Part shown: piece by piece, positions 52,663 to 64,000 of the stretch
How positions within the stretch are numbered: position 1 is the stretch's first letter
Layout of the letters: every line of letters starts with the position of its first letter
Source of the DNA: Gammaproteobacteria bacterium
GTDB lineage: Bacteria > Pseudomonadota > Gammaproteobacteria > CAKMZV01
Reading direction: 5' to 3'
Assembly (NCBI GenBank): GCA_965219665.1
Contig: CBDCOD010000024.1
Coordinates: forward strand, 140,987 to 204,986
DNA length: 64,000 bases
Position numbers and translations under genes: made by a program
Notes under the pieces: model-generated
What the model was told of the DNA's origin: nothing
What the model saw: only the letters and a program-made list of their open reading frames with translations
Database searches by the model: none

Positions 52663-53346
52663 ATGACCCAAACACATACACTACAGGAACAACCACATCA
52701 GGCAGAGTTGCTTGAACGGTTAGAACAATCTTTTGGTAATCAAGTTGTGATTAGCCCTTCTAATGATGTGTGGGTTTTGCGGGTAGAGCCTGATCAGTTG
52801 TTAGCGGTATGTACTCAGTTACGGGATGAATTAGACTTTAAGTTATTAGTGGACTTGTGCGGTGTGGACTATGCGGCATTTGGACACGAAAACTGGTCAA
52901 CTGATGCAGCCACAGAACAAGGCTTTAGTCGTGGTGTATTTGACTTCGGTGATGATGAGGATATTAGTGTGAGCGTGGATGCGGATATGCAAGATCGCTT
53001 TGCTGTTGTCTATCATCTACTGAATGTACAGGACAATCTGCGTTTACGCCTCAAATGTTTTGCTACAGACAACGCCTTTCCAGTAGTCCCCTCAGTAGAG
53101 ACAGTGTGGCAGTGCGCTAATTGGTTTGAACGTGAGGCATTTGATTTGTTCGGTATCCTGTTTGAGGGGCACACAGATTTGCGCCGCATTTTGACAGACT
53201 ATGGTTTTGTCGGCCATCCACTGCGCAAAGATTTTCCGCTTACTGGCAAAGTAGAAATGTACTACGATGCACAAGAACAGCGGGTGCGCTATCGTCCAGT
53301 CACTATAGAAAATCGCGTCAATGTACCGCGTGTTATTCGTGATTAA
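52663..53346 (+). CDS. nuoC: NADH-quinone oxidoreductase subunit C
   Basis: [18 protein letters not shown]. Confidence 0.98.
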   Translation: MTQTHTLQEQPHQAELLERLEQSFGNQVVISPSNDVWVLRVEPDQLLAVCTQLRDELDFKLLVDLCGVDYAAFGHENWSTDAATEQGFSRGVFDFGDDEDISVSVDADMQDRFAVVYHLLNVQDNLRLRLKCFATDNAFPVVPSVETVWQCANWFEREAFDLFGILFEGHTDLRRILTDYGFVGHPLRKDFPLTGKVEMYYDAQEQRVRYRPVTIENRVNVPRVIRD

Positions 53347-53360
53347 GGGGGAAGCATACT

Positions 53361-54614
53361 ATGGCTGAAATTAAAAACTATACCCTTAACTTTGGTCCGC
53401 AACATCCTGCGGCGCATGGGGTTTTGCGTTTGATATTAGAGATGGATGGTGAGACTATCATGCGTGCTGACCCGCATGTTGGTCTATTACATCGGGGAAC
53501 TGAAAAACTGGCAGAGCACAAGCCATTTAATCATTCTATTGGCTATATGGACCGTTTAGATTATGTGTCCATGATGTCGAATGAGCATGCCTACGTTTTA
53601 GCTATTGAGCGTTTATTGGGTGTAGATGTACCATTGCGTGCTCAATATATTCGCGTCCTATATGCTGAAATAACCCGCATATTGAACCACCTCATGTGGT
53701 TGGGGTCTCATGCTTTAGATGTGGGTGCAATGACGGTGTTTTTATATGCCTTCCGTGAGCGTGAAGATTTAATGGATTGTTACGAAGCAGTTAGCGGCGC
53801 CAGAATGCACGCCACCTACTTTAGACCAGGCGGGGTCTATCGCGACTTGCCTGAGCAAATGCCAAAATTTACGGCAGAACACAAGAAAAACGCTAAAGAC
53901 ATCAAACATCTTAATGCCAATCGTGACGGTTCACTATTAGATTTTATCGCTGATTTTTGTGACCGCTTTCCTAAATTGGTGGATGAATACGAAACCCTAC
54001 TTACGGACAATCGTATCTGGAAACAACGCCTTGTAGGTATCGGTGTGGTTGACGCTGACAAAGCCCTACAAATGGGCTTTACTGGCCCCATGCTGCGTGG
54101 CTCAGGCATTGCCTGGGATCTGCGTAAAAAACAACCGTATGAAGTCTATGATAAGCTGCAATTTGATATACCGATAGGTACCGAAGGCGACAGTTACGAT
54201 CGTTATTTGGTACGTATTGAAGAAATGCGCCAATCTTGCTCCATTATGCGTCAATGCATAGATTGGTTGCAAGAAAACCCCGGCATAGTCATTAGTGCAG
54301 ACCATAAAGTAGCGCCTCCAACACGCGAAGAAATGAAGGACGACATGGAGTCCTTAATCCATCACTTCAAATTGTTCACAGAAGGCTATTGTGTCCCCAA
54401 AGGCGAAACCTACGCTGCCGTAGAGCACCCCAAAGGTGAATTTGGCATCTACCTCATATCAGACGGTGCCAATAAACCCTATCGCGTGAAAATTCGCGCC
54501 CCAGGTTTTGCCCACCTACAAGCAATGGACGAAATGGCGCGTGGACACTTGTTAGCAGATGTGGTGACCATTATCGGCACACAAGATATTGTGTTTGGTG
54601 AGATTGATAGGTAA
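53361..54614 (+). CDS. nuoD: NADH-quinone oxidoreductase subunit D
   Basis: [23 protein letters not shown]. Confidence 0.99.
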   Translation: MAEIKNYTLNFGPQHPAAHGVLRLILEMDGETIMRADPHVGLLHRGTEKLAEHKPFNHSIGYMDRLDYVSMMSNEHAYVLAIERLLGVDVPLRAQYIRVLYAEITRILNHLMWLGSHALDVGAMTVFLYAFREREDLMDCYEAVSGARMHATYFRPGGVYRDLPEQMPKFTAEHKKNAKDIKHLNANRDGSLLDFIADFCDRFPKLVDEYETLLTDNRIWKQRLVGIGVVDADKALQMGFTGPMLRGSGIAWDLRKKQPYEVYDKLQFDIPIGTEGDSYDRYLVRIEEMRQSCSIMRQCIDWLQENPGIVISADHKVAPPTREEMKDDMESLIHHFKLFTEGYCVPKGETYAAVEHPKGEFGIYLISDGANKPYRVKIRAPGFAHLQAMDEMARGHLLADVVTIIGTQDIVFGEIDR

Positions 54615-54625
54615 TTGGGAAGACA

Positions 54626-55177
54626 ATGGCCAGCAAAAAACATACGCCCAATCCACTCATTGATCACAGTTTAGATCAAAGCGCGCACTATCCAGCAAAT
54701 GGTGAGACTTTGTCGGACAGTGCCAAGTCACAAATTGATGACCATTTAAGTAAATATCCAGAAGATCAACGTATCTCAGCGGTTATGCCTGCCCTAACAA
54801 TTGCCCAAAAGCAAAACGGTGGCCTATTGACCGAGGCTTTGATTGGCGAAGTCGCCGCATATATAGGCATCCCCAGTATTGCAGCGCAAGAGGTTGCTAC
54901 TTTCTATTCTATGTATGGCAACGAATCCCCAGCTCAGTACAAAATATCCTTCTGCCACAACATATCCTGTATGCTCTGTGGCGGTGATGAACTACTGAAA
55001 CACATCCAGAACAAACTCGGCATCAAACCCGGCGAAGTAACCCCTGACGGCAAATTCCTACTCAAAAAAGTGGAATGCCTCGGCGCCTGTGTCGGTGCAC
55101 CGATGATGCTCATCGGTGACGAATACTATGAACACCTCACTCCTGAAAAAGTGGACACCATTTTGGACAATTTATAA
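54626..55177 (+). CDS. nuoE: NADH-quinone oxidoreductase subunit E
   Basis: VATFYSMY, CHNISC, ECLGAC. Confidence 0.97.
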   Translation: MASKKHTPNPLIDHSLDQSAHYPANGETLSDSAKSQIDDHLSKYPEDQRISAVMPALTIAQKQNGGLLTEALIGEVAAYIGIPSIAAQEVATFYSMYGNESPAQYKISFCHNISCMLCGGDELLKHIQNKLGIKPGEVTPDGKFLLKKVECLGACVGAPMMLIGDEYYEHLTPEKVDTILDNL

Positions 55178-55351
55178 CACTATGAGACCATATAAATTGA
55201 TACAAAGTAACTAATCAAGGCACCTTATTTGAAAAATATTAAAAAAACAGAAAAAAAAGAACGCTAAAGTCAAATCAAAGCGACCCTTGTCCGCGAGGAA
55301 AATTTTTTATTTCCCTGTTGTTTTTAATTTTTCATTATTAAGGAGAAACTT

Positions 55352-56155
55352 ATGTCTAAAAATGTCGTTATACATTCTTACAAAGTAGCCTATGATTCAG
55401 GTTTTGCGCCCAATCCGTTTTGGGGTGTTTGCACTTTAGCAACGGGTATGCCGGAAATTCGCAGTAACATCGGATTTTCTGATTATAAAAAAAACGATAC
55501 ATGGCTTGCTGGTTTTGCCCCCAGAAAATTGTGCGAGAATGCAATATTGGGTAATGAAAAATTGGTTTATTTGATGAAAATCACTAGCAAAATGCCATTA
55601 AAGACATATTTTGATGATAAGGCATTTTCAGCAAAAAAGCCACAATTATGTGAGTGGTGTATAAAAAAACACGAAGAACACGAAATCTCTTTTTTATATG
55701 AAGGCTTTCATAGTGAAGGTATTACTGGCCAAAAAATGGAATCATTTCGTAGGGATTGTGAGCCTGAGGAATACGGAACTGCTTCACAATGCACATGTGC
55801 TGAGATTAGTCGGGTCAAGCAGGTGGGTGATAATATTTATGGGACAATAAAAGACGATGATTTAGGAGAACTGCCAGTGTATCTCTGTAATGTGGGTCAT
55901 AGTTGGAAAGACTACCCCGGTGACGATGAAAATGTATTGCTATCCAATGAATTCTATTACTTTGGCAAAGAGGCTGTTAAAATATCGGAAGATTATATAC
56001 CCAACGTGCCTACAAGGCCGTCAGCAAGTGGCTGTATGACCGTCGGCGAGGATGCATGCCGCTTTATTGACTATATTGAAGTCAACTATGAAAAAGGGGT
56101 TTTAGGCCGTCCGCATCTGTGGCCAGAGGGCGATGACTCATGGAAGAGCGTGTAA
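55352..56155 (+). CDS. Nmad2 (nucleotide-modification-associated domain 2)-like protein
   Basis: SY.V.YDSGFAPNPFWGVCTLAT..PEIR, LVYLM, GDNIY, VLLS..FYYFG. Confidence 0.75.
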   Translation: MSKNVVIHSYKVAYDSGFAPNPFWGVCTLATGMPEIRSNIGFSDYKKNDTWLAGFAPRKLCENAILGNEKLVYLMKITSKMPLKTYFDDKAFSAKKPQLCEWCIKKHEEHEISFLYEGFHSEGITGQKMESFRRDCEPEEYGTASQCTCAEISRVKQVGDNIYGTIKDDDLGELPVYLCNVGHSWKDYPGDDENVLLSNEFYYFGKEAVKISEDYIPNVPTRPSASGCMTVGEDACRFIDYIEVNYEKGVLGRPHLWPEGDDSWKSV

Positions 56156-56185
56156 TTATATTATTATAAAGAAGCGGATTAGTTT

Positions 56186-57092
56186 ATGAAAATAATTATC
56201 AGTAGAAAAGGGCTTGATTCATCTAATGGTGGAGCTAGCCCTATATTTTGTGATGATGATGGGCGAATGGTGTCAGTGCCGATACCTGCTGATAATTCTT
56301 GTATAAAATACAGCGATATTCATTGGCAGAGCGAAGTCGGTGATAATAATCTGGGGAATGTTGTAAAACAATTGTCTCACAGCTCAATTAAATCAATTGA
56401 TAAGTCAGTTAAGAGTGACGGCCTCACCCATTTGGATCCCGATTTGCGTTGGGACGCATTAGAGAGACAGCTAGGGCTGGAAGCCACTATTTGGACAAGC
56501 AGATGCTGCTCAAGCCCATCTGCAGAAACAGGGCGTTGGCAGAGGTGATTTGTTCCTATTCTTCGGCCGTTTCAGCCCTATTGAAGGAAGCAAGGAACGG
56601 TATAAGTGGAAAGAGGAGAGCAAGCATGTGATTTGGGGATGGTTGCAAATAGATGAAGTTCTTACCATAGGCAATGAAGTGAGTGCAGATATTAAAAGCA
56701 AGTATCCGTGGGCAATGTGCCACCCGCATTTTTCTCACCCGCAGAGAGGAGAAAAGAATACTGTTTATATTGCGCGCGAAAAATTAAGCCTCAATGGGGA
56801 CACCGATTTGCCCGGTGCTGGTGTTTTTACGCACTTCTCAGAAGACTTACAATTAACTGATCCTGAGCAAAAACGCAGGAGTGTTTGGAAATTGCCAAAG
56901 TGGTTCTATCCAGACAATGGCAAAAAGCCCCTTACCTATCATGACAACATGGATAGATGGGAGAAAAAAAACGGTTGCGCGCAACTTCAATCTGCTCACA
57001 TAGGGCAAGAATTTGTGCTGGACTGTGCTTCTTATCCAGAGGCTATGGGCTGGGTTCGGGACAAAATAGAAAAAAATAAATGGCAACAGTAG
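56186..57092 (+). pseudogene. Nmad3-like protein split by a single-base frameshift at about 56474-56476
   Basis: First frame: MKIIISRKGLDS..GG..P, HLDPDL. +1 frame continues GWKPLFGQADAAQAHL..QGVG.GDLFLFFG.F...HVIWGWLQI...HPH...GQEFV. Confidence 0.75.
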
Positions 57093-58360
57093 TACAAAAC
57101 GAAGTGTGTTTTCGGTTTAATCACTTGGATAAGCCGTGGGATATTGATACCTATTTGGCGCAGGGCGGCTATCAGATGTTGCTTAGAGTGCTTAAGGGGG
57201 AGATTGATGCGGATACGGTGATTGAGGAGTTGAAGGTTTCCAATTTGCGCGGTCGTGGGGGTGCTGGTTTTCCTACAGGCTTAAAATGGACGTTTATGCC
57301 GCGCTTTCGTCCTGTGCAAAAATATATTTTGTGTAACTCAGATGAAGGGGAGCCCGGTACGTGTAAGGATCGGGATATTATGCGCTTTAATCCGCATCAG
57401 TTGATTGAGGGGATGGCGATTTCTGGCTTAGTGTTGGGCGCGACACAGGGTTATAACTATGTACGCGGTGAGTTTGTTGAGCCGATTAACCGCTTTAATG
57501 ATGCGCTTAAACAGGCGTATGAGCGCGGTTTTCTGGGCAAAAACATTCAGGGCAGTGGGCGTGATTTTGATTTGTACTACCATGCAGGCAGCGGTGCGTA
57601 TATTTGCGGTGAAGAGACTTCATTGATTGAGTCCTTAGAGGGCAAGAAGGGGCAGCCGCGCTTTAAGCCACCATTTCCAGCCAGTTTTGGTTTATATGGC
57701 AAGCCTACGGTGGTGAATAATACGGAGACGCTGGCGTCTATTCCGCCTATTTTGGAGAAAGGGGGGCAGTGGTTTCAGGATTTAGGGATGCCTAACTCTG
57801 GTGGTGCAAAGCTGTTTTGTATGTCGGGGCATGTGAATAATCCGGGCAACTATGAGGTGCGCATGGGGACACCATTTGCAGATTTATTAGAATTGGCTGG
57901 TGGTATGCGCGGTGGCAAAAAGCTTAAAGCAGTTATTCCGGGTGGTTCTTCAACGCCGGTTATTCCTGCAGAAGCGGCAATGAATATGACAATGGATTTT
58001 GATTCTATCGGTAAAGCAGGGTCTATGCTGGGAGCAGGCTCAGTGATTATCATGGATGAAACCACGGATATGGTTCGGGTGCTGGAGCGATTGACCCATT
58101 TTTATTTTGATGAGTCTTGTGGACAGTGTACACCGTGTCGTGAGGGCACGGGTTGGCTGTATCGCACAGTGAAGCGTATCTGCGCAGGTCAAGGGCGTAT
58201 AGAGGATTTAGATTTGTTATGCAATGTGTCTAATAATATTGATGGGCATGTGATTTGCGGATTGGGTGATGCGGCAGCGGTGCCTGTGGTGAGTTTTATT
58301 AAACATTTTAGAGAAGAATTTGAGGACTATATCTACAAAGCGAGTAGCAAGGCAAGTTGA
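57080..58360 (+). CDS. nuoF: NADH-quinone oxidoreductase subunit F
   Basis: LRGRGGAGF, DEGEPGT, YICGEET, SCGQCTPCREG. Confidence 0.99.
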   Translation: MATVVQNEVCFRFNHLDKPWDIDTYLAQGGYQMLLRVLKGEIDADTVIEELKVSNLRGRGGAGFPTGLKWTFMPRFRPVQKYILCNSDEGEPGTCKDRDIMRFNPHQLIEGMAISGLVLGATQGYNYVRGEFVEPINRFNDALKQAYERGFLGKNIQGSGRDFDLYYHAGSGAYICGEETSLIESLEGKKGQPRFKPPFPASFGLYGKPTVVNNTETLASIPPILEKGGQWFQDLGMPNSGGAKLFCMSGHVNNPGNYEVRMGTPFADLLELAGGMRGGKKLKAVIPGGSSTPVIPAEAAMNMTMDFDSIGKAGSMLGAGSVIIMDETTDMVRVLERLTHFYFDESCGQCTPCREGTGWLYRTVKRICAGQGRIEDLDLLCNVSNNIDGHVICGLGDAAAVPVVSFIKHFREEFEDYIYKASSKAS

Positions 58361-58377
58361 AGCAATATTAGGTAAGC

Positions 58378-60654
58378 ATGAATAAGATTACGATAGATGG
58401 CAAGACAGTAGTAGCTCAAGAGGGGCAGATGCTAATTGATGTTGCTGATAGCGCAGGCATTCATGTGCCACGATTTTGCTATCATTCACACTTGTCGGTA
58501 GCGGCGAATTGTCGGATGTGCTTGGTGGAAGTAAAAGGGGGACGCAAGCCAGTTCCTGCTTGTGCAACACCGGTGTCTGCTGGTATGGTAGTCAATACCA
58601 AGTCAAAAGTGGCGCGTGATGCGCAGCGCTCGGTGATGGAGTTTTTGCTCATCAATCATCCTTTAGATTGCCCGATTTGCGATCAGGGTGGCGAATGTGA
58701 ATTGCAGGATGTGTCATTAGAGTTTGGTGCCGGTATATCGCGGTATAGCGAGGCCAAACGGGTGGTGCCTAAGAAAGATATAGGGCCGTTGATAGAAACA
58801 GATTTAACGCGCTGTATTCATTGTACACGTTGCGTGCGCTTCGGTAAGGAGATTGCCGGCATTCAAGAGTTGGGTATGGTGGGACGTGGCGAGTTTAGCG
58901 AAATTGGCACGTTCTTAGAAGGCAGCGTTGATTCAGAGTTATCGGCTAATGTGATTGACGTATGTCCAGTTGGTGCGTTGACGTCTAAGCCTTTTCGGTA
59001 TTCGGCGCGTCCTTGGGAGTTGATGGAGCGCGTAGGCATTGCCGGACATGATAGTGCTGGTTCACACTTGAGTTATCACATTAAGGACAATGAAATTAAG
59101 CGAGTGGTGCCTAAAGCGTGTGCTGATATAAATGAAGTGTGGCTATCTGATCGGGATCGCTTTTCTTATGAAGGCCTACAGACTGATAGCCGCTGTCTAT
59201 ACCCACAAATTAGGGTGGGCGATTGTTTGCAGATCGTTTCATGGGAGCAGGCTTTAGACGCTGCTGCTGAGGTGATTAACCAGCATAAAAGTGTACAGGT
59301 ATTAGCAAACGAGAGCGCAACGGTTGAGGAGTTGTTTTTACTCAAAGGGTTAGCAGCGCATAAACCCAATGGTGCGATGGATACGCGCCTCAATCAGAGT
59401 CGCTTTGAAATGCGTTATGATGCCTTAGCTTCATTACCAACGTTAGAGCAGGTGGGTTATGCTGTAGTGATTGGTTCACATCTTACTCATGAGCATCCAA
59501 TGATTGCGCATCGGTTACGGCAAGGTAATGTGCCCGTGTTGTCCATTGCTCAGCAACATTATGATTGGCGTATACAGTCTGCACAATACCTGGCGATAGC
59601 GCCACAAGAGTGGCTGCAGTGGGTTCAACAATTAGTGAAAGCAGCTTTGGTATATAAAAAGCACAACCAGCAAGTTAGTGCGTTAAAGTTAGATGATGTA
59701 GAAGTAACACCATTGGTGGCAGAATATGCCGAAAAATTATTGACAATACAATCACCACATATATTTTTAGGCAATGCGGTCTTACAACATCCACACTTAT
59801 CAGCCATATACGGATTATTGCAAGCGCTAACGCAGCTGAGCATTGAAGTTACGGTGCTATCACCACAGGCAAACACAATGGGAGCACAACAGTTGAAGTG
59901 CCATGGTTTTGGTAGTGATGCACAACTAATCATGGCTGATAGTGCTGAGTCGGTGCTGATTATGCACGGTATTTCTGCACAGGATACCTTGTTTTCTGAG
60001 AAGTTAGTAGCACGTATGGAGCGCGGGACAGTGGTTGCACTGTGTCATACTATGGATGATAGTATTAAAGCGCATGCAGATATTGTTTTGCCGATTGCTA
60101 CCTGTGCAGAAACTTCGGGTACTTTTGTGAATATCACAGGGTTATGGCAGTCTTTTGCTGCGGTAGTCAAGGCACCTGCTGAGGTTAAACCTTGTTGGAA
60201 GGTTTTACGTGTACTTGCCAATCATTTAGGCATAGACTGTACTTATATGGATAGTCGCAGTGTGCGTGATGCGGCTCAGCAAACAGTCAGCGAGGGTTCA
60301 GATTGTGATGTAGAGCCATTAGTAATGAGTGAATGCTTAGAGTTGAGGGGTCAGGTTATGGTATATAGTCATCCCTTTGCTATTGACTCCGTAGTGCGCG
60401 CTGCTCCTGCGCTACAAGAAACGCACATAGCACAAGATGCCAGTTATATACGGGTGCATAGTGGTAGCCCCTTGGCTGAATTGGAGGAGTGTACAGTGGA
60501 GAGTATGCATCATAAAATGAGCCTTCCTGTTAAGGCAAGCGCAGATGTTGCTGAAGGTGTTATATTGCTCCCTATTGCCTGCTATCAGGCGTTGCAATCT
60601 CCACAAAAAGTACGTATTTTGGATAAGGATATGGATGTCCTGCATTACGGGTAA
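58378..60654 (+). CDS. nuoG: NADH-quinone oxidoreductase subunit G
   Basis: [35 protein letters not shown]. Confidence 0.98.
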   Translation: MNKITIDGKTVVAQEGQMLIDVADSAGIHVPRFCYHSHLSVAANCRMCLVEVKGGRKPVPACATPVSAGMVVNTKSKVARDAQRSVMEFLLINHPLDCPICDQGGECELQDVSLEFGAGISRYSEAKRVVPKKDIGPLIETDLTRCIHCTRCVRFGKEIAGIQELGMVGRGEFSEIGTFLEGSVDSELSANVIDVCPVGALTSKPFRYSARPWELMERVGIAGHDSAGSHLSYHIKDNEIKRVVPKACADINEVWLSDRDRFSYEGLQTDSRCLYPQIRVGDCLQIVSWEQALDAAAEVINQHKSVQVLANESATVEELFLLKGLAAHKPNGAMDTRLNQSRFEMRYDALASLPTLEQVGYAVVIGSHLTHEHPMIAHRLRQGNVPVLSIAQQHYDWRIQSAQYLAIAPQEWLQWVQQLVKAALVYKKHNQQVSALKLDDVEVTPLVAEYAEKLLTIQSPHIFLGNAVLQHPHLSAIYGLLQALTQLSIEVTVLSPQANTMGAQQLKCHGFGSDAQLIMADSAESVLIMHGISAQDTLFSEKLVARMERGTVVALCHTMDDSIKAHADIVLPIATCAETSGTFVNITGLWQSFAAVVKAPAEVKPCWKVLRVLANHLGIDCTYMDSRSVRDAAQQTVSEGSDCDVEPLVMSECLELRGQVMVYSHPFAIDSVVRAAPALQETHIAQDASYIRVHSGSPLAELEECTVESMHHKMSLPVKASADVAEGVILLPIACYQALQSPQKVRILDKDMDVLHYG

Positions 60655-60656
60655 TT

Positions 60657-61715
60657 ATGTTTGATCAGCTGACTGCTTTATTGCAAGTTGTTGTGCCTTG
60701 GGAATTGGCATTGGCAATTACCTTTTTGACGCAAGCGCTGGTTGTCGTTGCGCCTGTTATGTTAGGCGTTGCATACCTGACCTATGCAGAGCGTAAAATT
60801 ATTGGTTATATGCAAGTGCGCCTGGGACCTAATCGAGTGGGACCGAAGGGCTGGTTGCAGCCTATTGCCGATGCAGTCAAGTTGTTATTCAAAGAGATAA
60901 TTATTCCCTCACAATCCAACAATTGGTTGTTTATTATTGCGCCTATGTTGTCTATTGGCCCTGCAGTTGCTGTATGGGCAGTGGTGCCTTTCGGTGAAGG
61001 GATGATGGTGTCTGATATTGATGCAGGGTTGTTATACATTTTAGCAGTGGGCTCTATCGGTGTATACGGGGTGATTGTTTCAGGCTGGGCATCTAACTCA
61101 AAATATGCTTTTTTAAGTGCCGTGCGTGCCTCTGCACAGATTGTCTCTTATGAAATTGCGATGGGCTTTGCGATGGTGACTGTATTGATGGTGTCTAAGT
61201 CTATGAATATGAGTACCATTGTTGAAGGGCAAGCCGGCGGCATTTGGAACTGGTATTGGATTCCGTTGTTTCCTATGTTTATTGTCTATTTTATCTCTGG
61301 GGTGGCAGAAACAAACCGAGCCCCTTTTGATGTGGCAGAGGGTGAGTCTGAAATTGTTGCAGGCTTCCATGTTGAGTATTCTGGTATGGCATTTGCGGTA
61401 TTTTTCCTTGCTGAATATGCCATGATGATACTTATTGCGTTGCTGACGGCGGTTCTGTTTTTAGGGGGATGGCATTCGCCTTTTGAAGGATTAGGGTTTT
61501 TAGAAACGCTGACTGCTTTTGTGCCTGATACCGTGTGGTTATTAGCAAAAACAGCTTTGATGTTGTTTTTCTTTTTATGGTTTCGTGCGACTTTTCCGCG
61601 TTATCGTTATGATCAAATTATGCGTTTGGGTTGGAAGGTTTTTATACCATTGACTTTGTTTTGGGTATTTGTCGTAGGCTTTATGGACTATTTCGAAATA
61701 GGACCTTGGTTTTAA
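60657..61715 (+). CDS. nuoH: NADH-quinone oxidoreductase subunit H
   Basis: ERK...[18 protein letters not shown]. Confidence 0.98.
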   Translation: MFDQLTALLQVVVPWELALAITFLTQALVVVAPVMLGVAYLTYAERKIIGYMQVRLGPNRVGPKGWLQPIADAVKLLFKEIIIPSQSNNWLFIIAPMLSIGPAVAVWAVVPFGEGMMVSDIDAGLLYILAVGSIGVYGVIVSGWASNSKYAFLSAVRASAQIVSYEIAMGFAMVTVLMVSKSMNMSTIVEGQAGGIWNWYWIPLFPMFIVYFISGVAETNRAPFDVAEGESEIVAGFHVEYSGMAFAVFFLAEYAMMILIALLTAVLFLGGWHSPFEGLGFLETLTAFVPDTVWLLAKTALMLFFFLWFRATFPRYRYDQIMRLGWKVFIPLTLFWVFVVGFMDYFEIGPWF

Positions 61716-61724
61716 GGGGAGCAT

Positions 61725-62216
61725 ATGTGGCAGTTTATTAAACACCAAATTAAAAGTTTTACGCTCTGGGAATTGCTCAAAGGCTTGGGTGTTACGGGGC
61801 GCTATTTGTTTAAGCGCAAAGCAACGATTCAATTTCCAGAGGAGCGCACGCCTCTATCGCCTCGCTTTCGTGGCAAGCATGCGCTGCGCCGCTACCCTAA
61901 TGGAGAGGAACGCTGCATTGCCTGTAAATTATGTGAGGCAGTATGCCCTGCTAATGCGATTACCATTGAATCAGAGCAGCGAGAGGATGGTACACGCCGT
62001 ACTACGCGCTATGATATTGATATGTTTAAATGTATCTATTGTGGCTTTTGTGAAGAAGCATGTCCAGTGGATGCTATTGTAGAGACTCGTGTATTTGACT
62101 ATCATTTTGAAGACGGCAACTATCGGGTGATGACCAGAGAGTTGCTGTTGGAAATGGGCGACAAACATGAGGCGCAAATTGCAGCTGATCGTGCTGTCGA
62201 GGCTGCCTATCGTTAG
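61725..62216 (+). CDS. nuoI: NADH-quinone oxidoreductase subunit I
   Basis: Two CxxCxxCxxxCP motifs. Confidence 0.99.
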   Translation: MWQFIKHQIKSFTLWELLKGLGVTGRYLFKRKATIQFPEERTPLSPRFRGKHALRRYPNGEERCIACKLCEAVCPANAITIESEQREDGTRRTTRYDIDMFKCIYCGFCEEACPVDAIVETRVFDYHFEDGNYRVMTRELLLEMGDKHEAQIAADRAVEAAYR

Positions 62217-62259
62217 GTGATTGGTGGCGCAAAATGATTAAATGAGATAATGAATAAGC

Positions 62260-62892
62260 ATGTTTGAGCAGTTACTTTTTTATGGATTTGCAGCCTTGAC
62301 GGTGTTAGCAGCAGTGCTGTTAATTAGCGCCCGTAATCCGGTGCAGGCCGCCTTATTTTTGGTGCTGTGCTTTGTGTCGTGTGCAGGCATTTGGATTTTA
62401 TTACATGCCGAATTTTTGGGTATCGTGCTTATACTGGTTTATGTTGGTGCCGTGATGGTTCTGTTTTTGTTTGTGATTATGATGTTAGATATCAATATCA
62501 CGATATTGCGAGAAGGCTTTGCCAGTTATTTGCCCACGGGTATCGTGGTCTCACTGGTGATTCTGGTCGAATTTATCATTCTGTTTAATGCCGATTTGTT
62601 CACTAAGACACAGGCAGTTCAGATTGCAGGAGCCATTGTAGAAGGCTCCAATACGAAACAGTTGGGGCATTTGCTTTATACACAGTATTTGTATCCAGTG
62701 GAGTTAGCGGCGGTACTATTAACCATAGCGATTGTAGCGGCAATCGCGCTGACCTTACGGCGCAGACCAGGGCACCAAGCGCGTTATCAAAATATTGCAG
62801 AGCAGGTCAAAGTACAAGCTAAAGATCGGGTTAAAGTAGTGCAGATGGAAACAGATATTTCGCGTAAACATCCGCATCAAAAGGGCGAATAA
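62260..62892 (+). CDS. nuoJ: NADH-quinone oxidoreductase subunit J
   Basis: [17 protein letters not shown]. Confidence 0.97.
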   Translation: MFEQLLFYGFAALTVLAAVLLISARNPVQAALFLVLCFVSCAGIWILLHAEFLGIVLILVYVGAVMVLFLFVIMMLDINITILREGFASYLPTGIVVSLVILVEFIILFNADLFTKTQAVQIAGAIVEGSNTKQLGHLLYTQYLYPVELAAVLLTIAIVAAIALTLRRRPGHQARYQNIAEQVKVQAKDRVKVVQMETDISRKHPHQKGE

Positions 62893-62894
62893 GT

Positions 62895-63200
62895 ATGGTG
62901 GGTTTAACAGAGGTTCTAATTTTTGGTGCAGTGCTGTTTACCGTCAGCATGGCAGGTATGTTTCTGAATAGGAAAAATGTTATTATGCTATTGCTGTGCA
63001 TTGAACTTATGTTGCTGGCAATCAATACTAATCTGGTTGCCTTTTCTTTCTTTTTGGGGGATTTGCAGGGGCAAGTTTTTGTATTTTTTATCTTGACCGT
63101 AGCAGCAGCGGAGGCTGCTATTGGGCTGGCTATTTTGGTTGTACTATTCCGTGCTAAGCGTAGCATTAATGTCGCTGATTTGAATGTATTAAAAGGGTAA
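62895..63200 (+). CDS. nuoK: NADH-quinone oxidoreductase subunit K
   Basis: [15 protein letters not shown]. Confidence 0.98.
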   Translation: MVGLTEVLIFGAVLFTVSMAGMFLNRKNVIMLLLCIELMLLAINTNLVAFSFFLGDLQGQVFVFFILTVAAAEAAIGLAILVVLFRAKRSINVADLNVLKG

Positions 63201-63203
63201 AAC

Positions 63204-64000
63204 GTGAGTTTGTATAGTTGGAGTTTAGTCGTATTACTTTCGCCTTTGATAGGGTCGTTGGTGGCGGGCCTATTAGGGCGTAAAATAGGTCGAGTGGGCG
63301 CGCACAGTGCGGCGATTGGATCGGTTGCATTGGCTATGCTTGGCTCTTTCGTGGTTTTTTATCAGGTGGTTATCCAAAAGGCAGGTGGGCTCAATGTCAA
63401 CTTGTATGAGTGGGCGCGGGTTGGTGACTATGTGTTTGCAATTGGACTATTGATTGACTCCTTATCAGCTACCATGATGGTTGTGGTAACTTTTGTATCG
63501 CTGATGGTGCATATTTATACGATTGGCTATATGGATCATGATGAAGACTACCCACACGATAATCCATATTATCAGCGCTTTTTTAGCTATATTGCCTTGT
63601 TTACCTTTGCCATGCTGACATTGGTTATGTCCAATAATTTCTTACAGCTCTTTTTTGGCTGGGAGGCAGTCGGTTTGGTGTCGTACTTGCTCATTGGCTT
63701 TTATATGAAGCGTCCTTCCGCTATTGCAGCAAATCTCAAGGCTTTCTTGGTTAACCGAGTAGGAGATTTTGGGTTTTTATTAGGGATTGCAGGGGTGCTG
63801 TTAGTTTTTGGTACTTTAGATTATGCGGTATTTTTTCAAGCATTAGATAGTGAAGCAGCGCACAGTACATTAGAAGTTGTTGCCGGTGTTGAGTGGCTGG
63901 CGGTAACAGTGATTGGATTGCTCTTGTTTGTTGGTGCTATGGGTAAATCAGCGCAAATGCCCTTGCATGTGTGGTTGCCAGAGTCTATGGAAGGTCCAAC
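63204..64000 (+). CDS. nuoL: NADH-quinone oxidoreductase subunit L (3' end outside window)
   Basis: GTG start then SLYSWSLVVLLSPLIGS...; HIYTIGYM, GWEAVGL, KSAQMPLHVWLPESMEGP read directly from the sequence. Confidence 0.96.
   Translation, partial: MSLYSWSLVVLLSPLIGSLVAGLLGRKIGRVGAHSAAIGSVALAMLGSFVVFYQVVIQKAGGLNVNLYEWARVGDYVFAIGLLIDSLSATMMVVVTFVSLMVHIYTIGYMDHDEDYPHDNPYYQRFFSYIALFTFAMLTLVMSNNFLQLFFGWEAVGLVSYLLIGFYMKRPSAIAANLKAFLVNRVGDFGFLLGIAGVLLVFGTLDYAVFFQALDSEAAHSTLEVVAGVEWLAVTVIGLLLFVGAMGKSAQMPLHVWLPESMEGP

Overview
Chromosomal window from a Gammaproteobacterium (about 42% GC by eye; NHL/cadherin adhesin and Na+-type membrane proteins suggest a marine, possibly host-associated lifestyle). 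The backbone is housekeeping: grpE-dnaK-dnaJ-dapB, htpX, coaD, trxB, iscA, gloB-mltD, two mevalonate-pathway genes, ubiG, pdxA-surA-rimI-leuA-pssA, apaH-rsmA, nudE-miaA-mutL-amidase-tsaE-aroE-hemB-ilvD, pepN, nuoA-L, plus tRNA-Leu(CAA) and tRNA-Arg(CCT). Three accessory loci stand out. (1) A six-gene minus-strand operon (26339-33075) encodes a Na+-type MotA/MotB pair, a Sec-signal FliF(RBM3)-TM-FliG(M/C) fusion, a TPR lipoprotein and two predicted outer-membrane proteins, with no other flagellar gene in the window: a candidate minimal non-flagellar rotary machine. (2) A defence-like island (about 43.5-49.1 kb) holds Fic-wHTH, an IS3-truncated Swt1-HEPN gene and an integrase-less integron array; its first cassette carries a stand-alone variant diadenylate cyclase (DAC) coupled to a Cap15/S-2TMbeta effector: a candidate new cyclic-nucleotide anti-phage system. 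(3) An Nmad2 + frameshifted Nmad3 pair sits between nuoE and nuoF. All family assignments come from motif recognition by eye; no searches were run.
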